DNA of 10,355 nt from Candidatus Altiarchaeales archaeon IMC4. GTDB taxonomy: Archaea > Altiarchaeota > Altiarchaeia > IMC4. The translations under genes and the position numbers were made by a program. Shown here in pieces: positions 1 through 7,400 of the stretch; within the stretch, counting starts at the first letter, position 1; each line of letters starts with the position of its first letter. Where the stretch lies: assembly GCA_001742785.1 (NCBI GenBank), contig MCBF01000001.1, forward strand, positions 907,878 to 918,232, read 5' to 3'. A model generated the notes under the pieces. It saw only the letters and a list, made by a program, of their open reading frames with translations, searched no databases and had not been told where the DNA came from.

Positions 1-178
1 CCAATGCTGCCCCACCTAGGGCACCCATGAAGGCAACATCGATGGCAAACCCGATGAGAAGCAGGGGGCCAGCCCCGATGAGAACCCCAAGGGCAGTCCC
101 GATGGCATATCCTAGGGCAAACCCATTTGCACCATACACAGGGAGTTTCCGATTAAATTTTGACCTTTTGTTTTCCAT
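1..178 (-). CDS. 5' part of a small Gly/Ala-rich membrane protein, running off the window edge
   Basis: Manual translation from CAT at 176-178 gives MENKRSKFNRKLPVYGANGFALGYAIGTALGVLIGAGPLLLIGFAIDVAFMGALGGAAL..., open to the edge. Basic N-terminus followed by hydrophobic GxxxG repeats. Not in the ORF track. Confidence 0.6.
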   Translation of the reverse strand, partial: MENKRSKFNRKLPVYGANGFALGYAIGTALGVLIGAGPLLLIGFAIDVAFMGALGGAAL

Positions 179-205
179 CTTGACTAAGTTTTTATTTGTT
201 TTTGG

Positions 206-220
206 AATATAAAAACCTCT
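206..220 (-). promoter_or_regulatory. Possible archaeal TATA box for the membrane-protein gene
   Basis: TTTTTATA on the minus strand (208-215), about 30 bp upstream of the ATG at 178, preceded by purine-rich AAGAGG. Confidence 0.4.
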
Positions 221-225
221 TATAC

Positions 226-1158
226 CTATCCTTTTCTTGGCTTCTTAATCTTCGCGACAAAAAAGCCGTCGGTGTCGTTGTCCTGCGGCCAGATTCTCAG
301 GCACAGCGAAACCCTCTCGTCGTATTTTTCGCCTTCGAACTCCATAGCCGGAGGCGAGGTTTTAAGTCCGCGAATCCCCGCCGTTTCAAGTTCCGTCTTC
401 TTGTGCCGCTTAAGAAGCCAGTCCACAACCCCCTCGTTTTCTTCGGGCTCCATACTGCACGTCGAATAGACCATAACGCCCCCTTTTTTCAGGACGCAAT
501 ACGCATGGTGCAGGAGGCTTTTTTGCGTGTATGAGATGCGCTTGGATACATCGGGATTCCAGTTTTTTATATCGTCCGGACAGCCGCGCATCGTTCCCGT
601 CCCGGAGCAGGGCGCATCAACCAGTATCCTATCAAAGCGCATATCCTTGAACTGCTGGCCGGGCTTCATCGTCACTTCGCAGTTTTTGGCGCCCATGCGC
701 TCGATGCTGCGCTCGAGGATGGCAACCCGGTCCTCCCTTATGTCGTTTGCCACAATCCTGCCGGTATTGTTCATGTACTGCGCAATCTGCATCGTCTTCC
801 CGCCGGGGGAGGCGCAAATATCAAGGATCATCTCATATGGTTTCGGGTCAAGAACGATAGCAGGGATCATACTCGCGGCTTCCTGGATGTAAAAGCCGCC
901 TGTTTGATGAAGAGGTATGTTGCCTATGTCCTTACGTTCTCCTTTTTTGTCGGAAATCCAAAAGCCCTCGGGACACCACGGAACCGGGGCGAGGTTCCAA
1001 TCGGGGGCCAATTCATCAAAAACCTCATCAACATCATTTTTCAGCGTGTTAACCCTGATGGATTTTCTTGATGGAACAAGGAGGCGCTCCCTGAGTTTGT
1101 TCCACTTCGTCAGTTTCGAGTAGCGCTCGACCATTGCGCCCGGAAATTCAAGGGGCAT
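226..1158 (-). CDS. RsmB/NOP2/NSUN-family RNA cytosine-C5 methyltransferase
   Basis: Motifs SIRVNTLK, FYIQEAASM, ILDICASPGGKT (SAM binding), DRILVDAPCSGTG (motif IV Cys), VYSTCS (motif VI Cys) and C-terminal DGFFVAK. Confidence 0.95.
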   Translation of the reverse strand: MPLEFPGAMVERYSKLTKWNKLRERLLVPSRKSIRVNTLKNDVDEVFDELAPDWNLAPVPWCPEGFWISDKKGERKDIGNIPLHQTGGFYIQEAASMIPAIVLDPKPYEMILDICASPGGKTMQIAQYMNNTGRIVANDIREDRVAILERSIERMGAKNCEVTMKPGQQFKDMRFDRILVDAPCSGTGTMRGCPDDIKNWNPDVSKRISYTQKSLLHHAYCVLKKGGVMVYSTCSMEPEENEGVVDWLLKRHKKTELETAGIRGLKTSPPAMEFEGEKYDERVSLCLRIWPQDNDTDGFFVAKIKKPRKG

Positions 1159-1184
1159 ATTAAATAATAGGCCTTATATGATAA
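1157..1184. other. dif-like Xer recombination site candidate (11-6-11 layout)
   Basis: ATATTAAATAA-TAGGCC-TTATATGATAA shows the ATAA-N6-TTAT core of Xer sites and lies directly upstream of the xerA-like gene. It also overlaps the divergent promoter region. Confidence 0.55.
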
Positions 1185-1187
1185 CAT

Positions 1188-1237
1188 TGAAATTTCTTTT
1201 TGGAATTTCATGGCTTTGAAATTCTTTGAATTTCAAA
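1188..1237. repeat. Two tandem inverted repeats of a TGAAATT(T)C motif, operator-like
   Basis: TGAAATTTC-TTTTT-GGAATTTCA (1188-1210, 8/9 paired) and TTTGAAATTC-TTT-GAATTTCAAA (1215-1237, perfect 10-bp arms). Confidence 0.7.
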
Positions 1238-1245
1238 ATACGACA

Positions 1246-2076
1246 ATGTTGCCCTCTGCAGAAAAACTCATTCAGGAGATAGAAGATGAGATGGAGCTCA
1301 AGGAGATGAGCCCTGAAAGCATCAGGAATTATATGTCGACAATCCGCGACTTTCTGGCTTTTGCGGCAAAACCGCCCAATGACTTAACGACGGACGATGT
1401 AAAAAACTATCAGATATACTTGCGGAAGGGGCGCGGCCTTAGCAATAGTTCAAGGGTGTTCAAAGCACACATACTCAAGTACCTCTTCGGGTTCATGGCG
1501 CGGGAAGACCTCTTGACAGGGGTAACCGTGCCTAAACGGGAGCGAAAGGAGAGGGCTTATCTCACGGTCGAAGAAATACGAAGCCTGATAAACGCAGCAG
1601 ACAACGTGCGGGACCGGGCCTTGATGAGCATGATATACAGCTCCGGCGTGCGCGTTTCGGAGATAGTAAAGCTGAACGCGGATGACATAGACTACGCCAA
1701 CATGCTGGCAAGGGTGGCACGCGGGAAGGGCGGCAAGGAAAGAACCGTCGTTTTGTCGGCCATTGCCCTTGCGGATCTGAAGCAGTACGGCCCGGAAAAA
1801 TCAGGCCCCTTGTTTCCGCTTTCCACGCGAACGGTCGAGCGCATAACAAAGAAACTCGCAAAAAGGACATGCATAAAAAAGAAGGTTTCCCCTCACATAT
1901 TGCGCCATTCCTTCGCAACGCACATGCTTGAGCACGGCGAGGACATACGCTCGCTGCAGGCGATGCTCGGCCACGAGTCGATTGCGACGACCCAGATTTA
2001 CACGCACGTTTCAAAAGAGCACCTCAAGGCGATAGCAAGGCGGCACCCGCAAGACAGCATCGAAAATGGACGATGA
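1246..2076 (+). CDS. xerA: XerA/XerD-like tyrosine recombinase (the ORF track start at 1210 is the alternative)
   Basis: N-terminal core-binding domain (MSPESIRNY...DVKNY) and a full catalytic set: SGVRVSE (R), GKGGKER (K), PHILRHSFATH (HxxR), LGH, TTQIYTHV (Y). The segment between GKGGKER and PLFP is short, so the IntI-specific insertion is absent. ATG 1246 is preferred because 1210-1237 is repeat DNA. Confidence 0.92.
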   Translation: MLPSAEKLIQEIEDEMELKEMSPESIRNYMSTIRDFLAFAAKPPNDLTTDDVKNYQIYLRKGRGLSNSSRVFKAHILKYLFGFMAREDLLTGVTVPKRERKERAYLTVEEIRSLINAADNVRDRALMSMIYSSGVRVSEIVKLNADDIDYANMLARVARGKGGKERTVVLSAIALADLKQYGPEKSGPLFPLSTRTVERITKKLAKRTCIKKKVSPHILRHSFATHMLEHGEDIRSLQAMLGHESIATTQIYTHVSKEHLKAIARRHPQDSIENGR

Positions 2077-2311
2077 ACTGAAACAGAAACTGGAAAAATA
2101 CCTGAAAAAGGCAGAGCCGATGTTCAGGGACCTTGCAGTGAAGGAATCGGGCATTGAGGGCAAAAAGGCAAGACACTTTCACGATATGGCGGCAGGCTAC
2201 TACGGCGACGCCCTGCATTTCTATGAGAAGGGGCAGTACATAAACGCCCTCGCCGCGCTTGAGTACGCAGAGGGGTGGCTTGACGCAGGCAAAACGATCG
2301 GCATTTTTTAA
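2066..2311 (+). CDS. DUF357 family protein
   Basis: Typical archaeal DUF357 pattern MAAGYYGDALHFYEKG...ALAALEYAEGWLDAG...G. Overlaps the xerA stop codon. Confidence 0.88.
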   Translation: MDDELKQKLEKYLKKAEPMFRDLAVKESGIEGKKARHFHDMAAGYYGDALHFYEKGQYINALAALEYAEGWLDAGKTIGIF

Positions 2312-2335
2312 CCCGCAAACAAAATAATAATCCAT

Positions 2336-2794
2336 ATGAAAACCCGCGCGCAAAGTTCGCTTGAGTACCTGATGACCTACGGGTGGGCGATACTGGTAAT
2401 CTCTGCGATAGGCCTTGTCATATGGCAGATGGGGGTATTCAAGGTGTCCTGCCCTGAAAAAATTGCACAGGGCTTTTCTGAAATCGAGGTGTTGGACTAC
2501 AAAGTAACGACATCCGGGGTAACGCTCGTTTTAGTCAACAACGGAGGGTCGCGTGTTGATATTAATTCTGAAGGCGCCGTAAGCGCAACGGTAAATTCAG
2601 TATCCTGCACAAGTACTAATCCTGGCATAACTACCTTCCGCCCGGGAGCAAAAGAGACAGTTGGGCTTACATGTACATTAACTGAATATAATCCTGGCGA
2701 CTGCTACGTTGGGAATATCTCGATAACATACAACACCACCTCATCGGGGCTATCGCACACAAGCTCTGGGACAATAAGGGGGGGCATCGAATAG
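2336..2794 (+). CDS. Class III signal peptide (type IV pilin-like) protein
   Basis: N-terminus MKTRA|QSSLEYLMTYGWAILVI matches the QxSxE class III signal peptide plus hydrophobic helix. Ser/Thr-rich beta-like C-domain with Cys residues and NxS/T sequons. Confidence 0.9.
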   Translation: MKTRAQSSLEYLMTYGWAILVISAIGLVIWQMGVFKVSCPEKIAQGFSEIEVLDYKVTTSGVTLVLVNNGGSRVDINSEGAVSATVNSVSCTSTNPGITTFRPGAKETVGLTCTLTEYNPGDCYVGNISITYNTTSSGLSHTSSGTIRGGIE

Positions 2795-2795
2795 G

Positions 2796-3064
2796 ATGGT
2801 AAATACCGGAAAATTTTACAAATTTCTTGCACCAAGACCAGCTGTGCTGATTACCACGATTGACACAGAAGGAAGGGTAAATGCCGCGCCGTTCAGCTTC
2901 GTCATCCGCATTAGAAAGCATGGCTTTCTAATGGGACATAAAAATTCAACAAGTTGAATTTTTCTTGTGCCCGTCTCCATGGAGCCCCCGTTTCTTGCAT
3001 TTGCTTCTTCTCACAAAAGCGACACGCTGGCAAACATCCGTGAAACCGGGGAATTCGTAGTCAA
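2796..3064 (+). pseudogene. Flavin reductase (DIM6/NTAB-like) gene, split by a 63-bp insertion and 3'-truncated
   Basis: ATG 2796 reads MVNTGKFYKFLAPRPAVLITTIDTEGRVNAAPFSFV. The same frame resumes at 2970 with PVSMEPPFLAFASSHKSDTLANIRETGEFVV. The insert carries an in-frame TGA (2955-2957). Family similarity ends near 3064. Confidence 0.88.
2905..2968. repeat. 63-bp double-hairpin insertion element
   Basis: Hairpin 1: CATTAGAAAGC-ATG-GCTTTCTAATG (2909-2933). Hairpin 2: AAAAATTCAAC-AA-GTTGAATTTTT (2940-2963). Both have perfect 11-bp arms, and removal restores FSFVMPVS. Confidence 0.85.
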
Positions 3065-3301
3065 AAATCTTTTTGGCAGGGGGATGGTCGTTTAAAAATG
3101 AGCACCATCCATAGTTTTAAAGGATGGGAAGCAGTACATGTTATTTTGTTAATACCGGAAGAATGGAGGGGATTAGGAAGGCCGGATGCTATCGTATACA
3201 CTGCAATGACAAGAACCCGTGAAAATTTAATAGTATTGAATTGCAATGAAAGATATGTCGAGTATGGTAAAACTTTGCCAAGTGAATGGGATAAACAATA
3301 A
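3062..3301 (+). pseudogene. C-terminal remnant of an SF1/UvrD-like helicase (UvrD_C_2-type)
   Basis: Frame reads QKSFWQGDGRLKMSTIHSFKGWEAVHVILL...YTAMTRTRENLIVLN, containing helicase motifs V (TIHSFKGWE) and VI (YTAMTR). No Walker motifs are present. More AT-rich than the neighbouring genes. Confidence 0.8.
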
Positions 3302-3330
3302 ATAACAGCAAAAATAAAGGCACATACGCA

Positions 3331-4017
3331 ATGAAAATCAAGGCAATCCTCTTCGACCTCGACAACACCCTCCTGGACTTCATGAAATTCAAAAAGGAGG
3401 CAACAAAGGCCGCCGCCAGCGCCATGATAAAAGCGGGGCTTGCCGGGGAAAAAAACGAACTGTCCGAAAAACTTTTCGAATTCTACCTGAGCCACGGCAT
3501 CGAATCAAACGACGCCTTTGAGAAGTACCTTCTGAAGGAATTCGGCGCGGTGGACTGCAGGGTTCTGGCGGCGGGGGTGAACGCGTACCTCAAGGAGAAA
3601 TACCTGCACCTGTTGCCCTACCCCCACACTGCCGAAACGCTTGCGCAACTGAAGAAAATGGGCATCAAGCTCGCCGTGGTGACGGACGGCGTGCGGCTTA
3701 AGGCGTGGATGCGGCTGTGCGAGGCGGGGCTCGACGGGTATTTCGATGCCGTGGTTACCCACGAGGACACCGGAAAAAAGAAGCCCTCGAAAGAGCCGTT
3801 TCTCGAGGCGTGCAGGCAGTTGAAAATCGAGCCTGCGCAGTGCCTCATGGTCGGCGACTGGCCTGAGCGCGACATCGAGGGGGCGAAGGCGCTGGGCATG
3901 AAAACCTGCATTGTGAAATACGCTCGGGCCGCGGGGGGTCCGGCGGGGGCGGATTACGAGATACAGAACCCGAAGGAAATCCTTAATATAATTGGTGAAA
4001 ACCGAAGATGCGCATAA
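3331..4017 (+). CDS. HAD-superfamily hydrolase, subfamily IA
   Basis: Motifs ILFDLDNTL (I), VVTDG (II), KKKP (III) and MVGDWPERDIEGAKALGM (IV). Confidence 0.95.
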   Translation: MKIKAILFDLDNTLLDFMKFKKEATKAAASAMIKAGLAGEKNELSEKLFEFYLSHGIESNDAFEKYLLKEFGAVDCRVLAAGVNAYLKEKYLHLLPYPHTAETLAQLKKMGIKLAVVTDGVRLKAWMRLCEAGLDGYFDAVVTHEDTGKKKPSKEPFLEACRQLKIEPAQCLMVGDWPERDIEGAKALGMKTCIVKYARAAGGPAGADYEIQNPKEILNIIGENRRCA

Positions 4018-6083
4018 ACGAACTTTCAATCGACGGCAGGTTCATCAAAATCCTGGAAGACGAAGGCATCAGCGAACTTTATCCCCCTCAGGAGGACGCC
4101 GTGAAAGCCGGGCTGCTTGACGGCGGAAACTTCGTGCTTTGCAACCCTACTGCGTCCGGGAAAACCCTCATCGCGGAGCTTGCCATCGCCAAAACCCTTG
4201 AGGCAGGCAGCAAGGCGGTTTACGTCGTTCCCCTTCGGGCGCTCGCCTACGAGAAATACACCGAATTCAGAAAGTACGAAAAATTAGGCTACCGGGTTGA
4301 GCTTCAAAGCGGCGACCTCGATTCAAGCAAATACAAACGCCTTGAGTTCGATATCCTGATAGCTACCGCCGAGAAGTGCGACTCCATGCTTCGCTCAAGG
4401 CCGGAATTTTTCGATAACGTACGGCTTCTGGTCATGGACGAGGTGCACCTGATAACGACCGACCGGGGCCCGGTTTACGAGATAATAATCGCCCGGCTGA
4501 CGAAGAAGGTCAGGATCCTGGCGCTGTCCGCAACGATAGGAAACCCTAACGAGCTGGCGGACTGGCTGGATGGAAAACTCGTAACCTCCCTATGGAGGCC
4601 GGTCAAGCTGGCCGAAGAGGTCCGCGTTGGCGAAAAGATCGACGACACGATAAACAAGAGCCTTGCCGGCGGCGGCCAGACATTGGTTTTCGTGAACTCA
4701 AGGGCAAGCGCGGAAAGCGTCGCGGAAAAACTGGGCGAGGGGTTTGGCGCGGAAAAAAACGCCGGGTTGAGCGAGGAGATCCTGAAGGCGCTCCCCACCC
4801 CGACAAAGCAGTGCAAGCGGCTTGCAAAATGCGTAAAACACGGCACGGCGTTTCACCACGCAGGCATAACCGGAAAACAGCGCGTGATAATCGAGGACGC
4901 CTTCAAGGCAGGGAAAATCAAGGTGATAGCGGCAACGCCGACACTGGCCGCGGGGGTCAACCTGCCCTCGAGGACCGTCGTTATCCGGGACGTCAAAAGG
5001 TTCGGCGGGCAGGGCATGGATTACATCCCGGTACTTGAGTACAAGCAGATGGTCGGCCGCGCAGGCAGGCCGAAATACGACAAGACTGGCAGTGCGGTAC
5101 TTCTTGCGAAAAACGAAAGCGAGGGGGAACTCCTTGCGGAAAAATACATCAGGGGCAAACCCGAGCACATCCACTCGATGCTCGGCGCGGAGCCTGTTTT
5201 GAGGTTCCATGTGCTTGCGGCGGTCGCGTCAAGCATGACAACCGACGAAGAATCATTAGCAGGGTTTTTCCACTCGACGTTCTTCGGCCACCAGTACGGC
5301 GTAGGCCATGATTTCAGGGAAAGGTTGAACCGCGTAATCGAGCAGTTGGTCGGCTGGGATTTTATACAGAGGATAAAAAGCAGGGTTCTCCCGACAAACA
5401 CGGGGATGCGCGTATCGGAACTTTACATAGACCCGCTGACTGCCTACAAATACATCTACTTTTTGACGAAGGCCGAAATGGAGGGGAGGTTCCCGGTGAT
5501 CGGGCTTCTTGAGGTTCTTTGCGACTCCTCCGAGATGCGCCCCCTTGTGAGTTTAAAGCGCGGCGAGGATGTCCGGCTTTGGGAGAAAGTTTACTCCGAT
5601 GAAAACCAATTCTTCAGGAGGTTCGCTGCCGCTGAGTTCGGCTTTCGCAGGGCATCTGAAAGCGAGCTTGAGATGGCGGACTGGGAGTTCCTTTCGAGGT
5701 TCAAGACGGCAAAGGCGATAAACGACTGGATGTGCGAAAAGTCCGAGGACGCGATAATGGAGGCCTACGGCGTAACGCCTGGCATCCTCTACCAGAAACT
5801 GCGCAACGCCGAGTGGCTGGCATACTCCGCGTCTGAGCTTGCGAAGATAGTTAAACTCAAAACGGCATCGTCGGAGGCCGAAAAACTGCGGGTGCGGATA
5901 AAGCACGGCATAAAAGAAGAGCTTCTGCCGCTTGTGGCCATAAAGGGCATCGGAAGGGTTAAGGCAAGGAAACTTTTCAATGCGGGATTCAAGACCCCCG
6001 CCGAAATAAAATCCGAAGACTTAGGCGCCCTCGCAGAAATAATAGGTGAAAAAACCGCAGAAAATGTCCTGGCCGAGAACTGA
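4008..6083 (+). CDS. hel308: ATP-dependent DNA helicase Hel308/Hjm (Ski2-like)
   Basis: Q-motif LYPPQ, Walker A PTASGKT, DEVH, LSAT, AFHHAG, ATPTLAAGVNLP, QMVGRAGRP(K)YD, and C-terminal HhH IKGIGRVKARKLFNAG. Confidence 0.95.
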   Translation: MRINELSIDGRFIKILEDEGISELYPPQEDAVKAGLLDGGNFVLCNPTASGKTLIAELAIAKTLEAGSKAVYVVPLRALAYEKYTEFRKYEKLGYRVELQSGDLDSSKYKRLEFDILIATAEKCDSMLRSRPEFFDNVRLLVMDEVHLITTDRGPVYEIIIARLTKKVRILALSATIGNPNELADWLDGKLVTSLWRPVKLAEEVRVGEKIDDTINKSLAGGGQTLVFVNSRASAESVAEKLGEGFGAEKNAGLSEEILKALPTPTKQCKRLAKCVKHGTAFHHAGITGKQRVIIEDAFKAGKIKVIAATPTLAAGVNLPSRTVVIRDVKRFGGQGMDYIPVLEYKQMVGRAGRPKYDKTGSAVLLAKNESEGELLAEKYIRGKPEHIHSMLGAEPVLRFHVLAAVASSMTTDEESLAGFFHSTFFGHQYGVGHDFRERLNRVIEQLVGWDFIQRIKSRVLPTNTGMRVSELYIDPLTAYKYIYFLTKAEMEGRFPVIGLLEVLCDSSEMRPLVSLKRGEDVRLWEKVYSDENQFFRRFAAAEFGFRRASESELEMADWEFLSRFKTAKAINDWMCEKSEDAIMEAYGVTPGILYQKLRNAEWLAYSASELAKIVKLKTASSEAEKLRVRIKHGIKEELLPLVAIKGIGRVKARKLFNAGFKTPAEIKSEDLGALAEIIGEKTAENVLAEN

Positions 6084-6126
6084 TTTACATATTTAATAAC
6101 CCGCACCAATAATTAAGCGACTTAAG

Positions 6127-6978
6127 ATGAAATTTAAAAACAAAAAAGTTTTGGGCGTGATGATAGTGTCTCTTGTTGTTTTGGCCACTGCGTTCAGCGG
6201 ATGCCTTGGTTCTGACACCACCGAGGATAAGATTGCTCCGGTCGGGGGTGTTGAGAACAAGTCCGCTCCTTCGGGGGTTGAAGATGGGGGCAAACATGCT
6301 TTAAGCGCAGGCGAAATAGCGACGAAGGCGATGAGTAGATTAGCAGAAGTAAAAACCTACAGCGCGAAAATGTCAATGACATCTACGGAAAAAGATATAG
6401 TAACGAAGATGGATATGGATATGAGGGTTGACATGGCCGAAAGGAAGATGTTCATGAATATGACGAGCGAAATGTGGAATATGGAGATGTATGCCCTCAG
6501 GAATACGACTTATATGCAGATGCCTGGCGTAGGCTGGGTAAAGCTCTCGGCGGAGGATATGGGGGTAGGAGTTGATATCTGGCAGGAAAATGATGAGGTC
6601 CAAAAACTGCAAAAATTGATGGATGGCTCCGTGTCAGAATATCTCGGAGAAGAGACGGTTTCGGGTGTTGGCTGCTATAAGATAAAGGTTACCCCCTCTG
6701 AAAAGGAGCTTAATGATTATCTCGAGGAATTCAGGATTACAAAAATCAGCGACAACTTTTCCGTCTTTCTGTGGGTGTCAAAGGACTCGTATGCCGTCAT
6801 GAAGCAAAGCGTTCTGATACAGAGTGGTACTGAGGGAGTGGATATGACTGTGGTGTACGATTACGCGCCGGTTGTGATAATACTACCTGCGGATGCATTG
6901 AACGAGAAGACTATGGAGGAGATGATGGCCGAGATGTATGCAGGTACGGGGGAAGTGGATGTGAGCCGGGGAACCTAA
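6127..6978 (+). CDS. Secreted lipoprotein, possibly LolA/LppX-like beta-sheet fold
   Basis: Signal peptide MKFKNKK + hydrophobic stretch + lipobox FSG|C. Motifs YMQMPGVGWVK, GEETVSGVGCYKI, LWVSKD and DYAPVVIILP. The fold assignment is inference. Confidence 0.75.
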   Translation: MKFKNKKVLGVMIVSLVVLATAFSGCLGSDTTEDKIAPVGGVENKSAPSGVEDGGKHALSAGEIATKAMSRLAEVKTYSAKMSMTSTEKDIVTKMDMDMRVDMAERKMFMNMTSEMWNMEMYALRNTTYMQMPGVGWVKLSAEDMGVGVDIWQENDEVQKLQKLMDGSVSEYLGEETVSGVGCYKIKVTPSEKELNDYLEEFRITKISDNFSVFLWVSKDSYAVMKQSVLIQSGTEGVDMTVVYDYAPVVIILPADALNEKTMEEMMAEMYAGTGEVDVSRGT

Positions 6979-7012
6979 GCGAAGAAACCGGTTTGATGGG
7001 GTCTTGATTAAA

Positions 7013-7369
7013 ATGTTTCCTGGAGGAATAAACCCGAAGCAGATGAAGGTGATGATGAAGCGCATGGGCATCAAGAGCGACGACATAGATGCCGAAAGCG
7101 TAACTATTCACTGCGCTGACCGCGACATTGTGATCGAGGGCGCGGACGTAAGCCGCATGGTCATTCAGGGCCAGACCATGTACAGCATAACCGGCGGCAC
7201 AGCGCGCGAGCAGGAATCGGGTGCGGACGCGGACGTAGAAATCGAGATAGACGATGACGACGTGAAGATGGTCGCGGAGCAGACCGGAGCCAGCGAGGAA
7301 AAGGCAAGGGGCGCGCTCGAGGAGGCCGAGGGGAACATCGCCGAGGCGATTATGAAACTGAAGGGCTGA
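7013..7369 (+). CDS. nac: Nascent polypeptide-associated complex protein
   Basis: MFPGGINPKQMKVMMKRMGI start, NAC domain, and C-terminal UBA-like DDVKMVAEQTGASEEKARGALEEAEGNIAEAIMKL. ATG at 7013. Confidence 0.95.
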   Translation: MFPGGINPKQMKVMMKRMGIKSDDIDAESVTIHCADRDIVIEGADVSRMVIQGQTMYSITGGTAREQESGADADVEIEIDDDDVKMVAEQTGASEEKARGALEEAEGNIAEAIMKLKG

Positions 7370-7400
7370 AAAAGTTCGCTTTAACTCTGTATTCTGATAG

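Noticed and set aside
27..130. Recurrent CCGATG/CCCTAGG-like motifs and the + strand 61-aa ORF
   Set aside because: Explained by repeated Ile-Gly/Leu-Gly codons of the minus-strand membrane protein.
1181..1240. ATTGAAA-containing repeats as a CRISPR array
   Set aside because: Units are only about 10 bp, arranged as inverted pairs with no spacers, and no cas genes are present.
1246..2076. Calling the recombinase an integron integrase (intI)
   Set aside because: It lacks the IntI-specific insertion, is embedded among housekeeping genes (overlapping DUF357), and is not adjacent to the cassette.
2955..2957. In-frame TGA in the flavin reductase as selenocysteine or an alternative genetic code
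   Set aside because: It lies within the non-homologous insert, and TGA is used as a normal stop by several genes in the window (DUF-independent examples: xerA, hel308, nac).
3300..3320. TAACAGC right after the helicase-fragment stop, identical to the start of the attC-like site (9308-9314)
   Set aside because: Only a 7-bp match with no complementary arm or GTT downstream. It could be a truncated att site but is indistinguishable from chance.
4475..6109. Antisense and alternate-frame ORFs overlapping hel308 (similar ones overlap the methyltransferase, xerA and HAD genes)
   Set aside because: Shadow ORFs of GC-rich coding sequence with no recognisable motifs.
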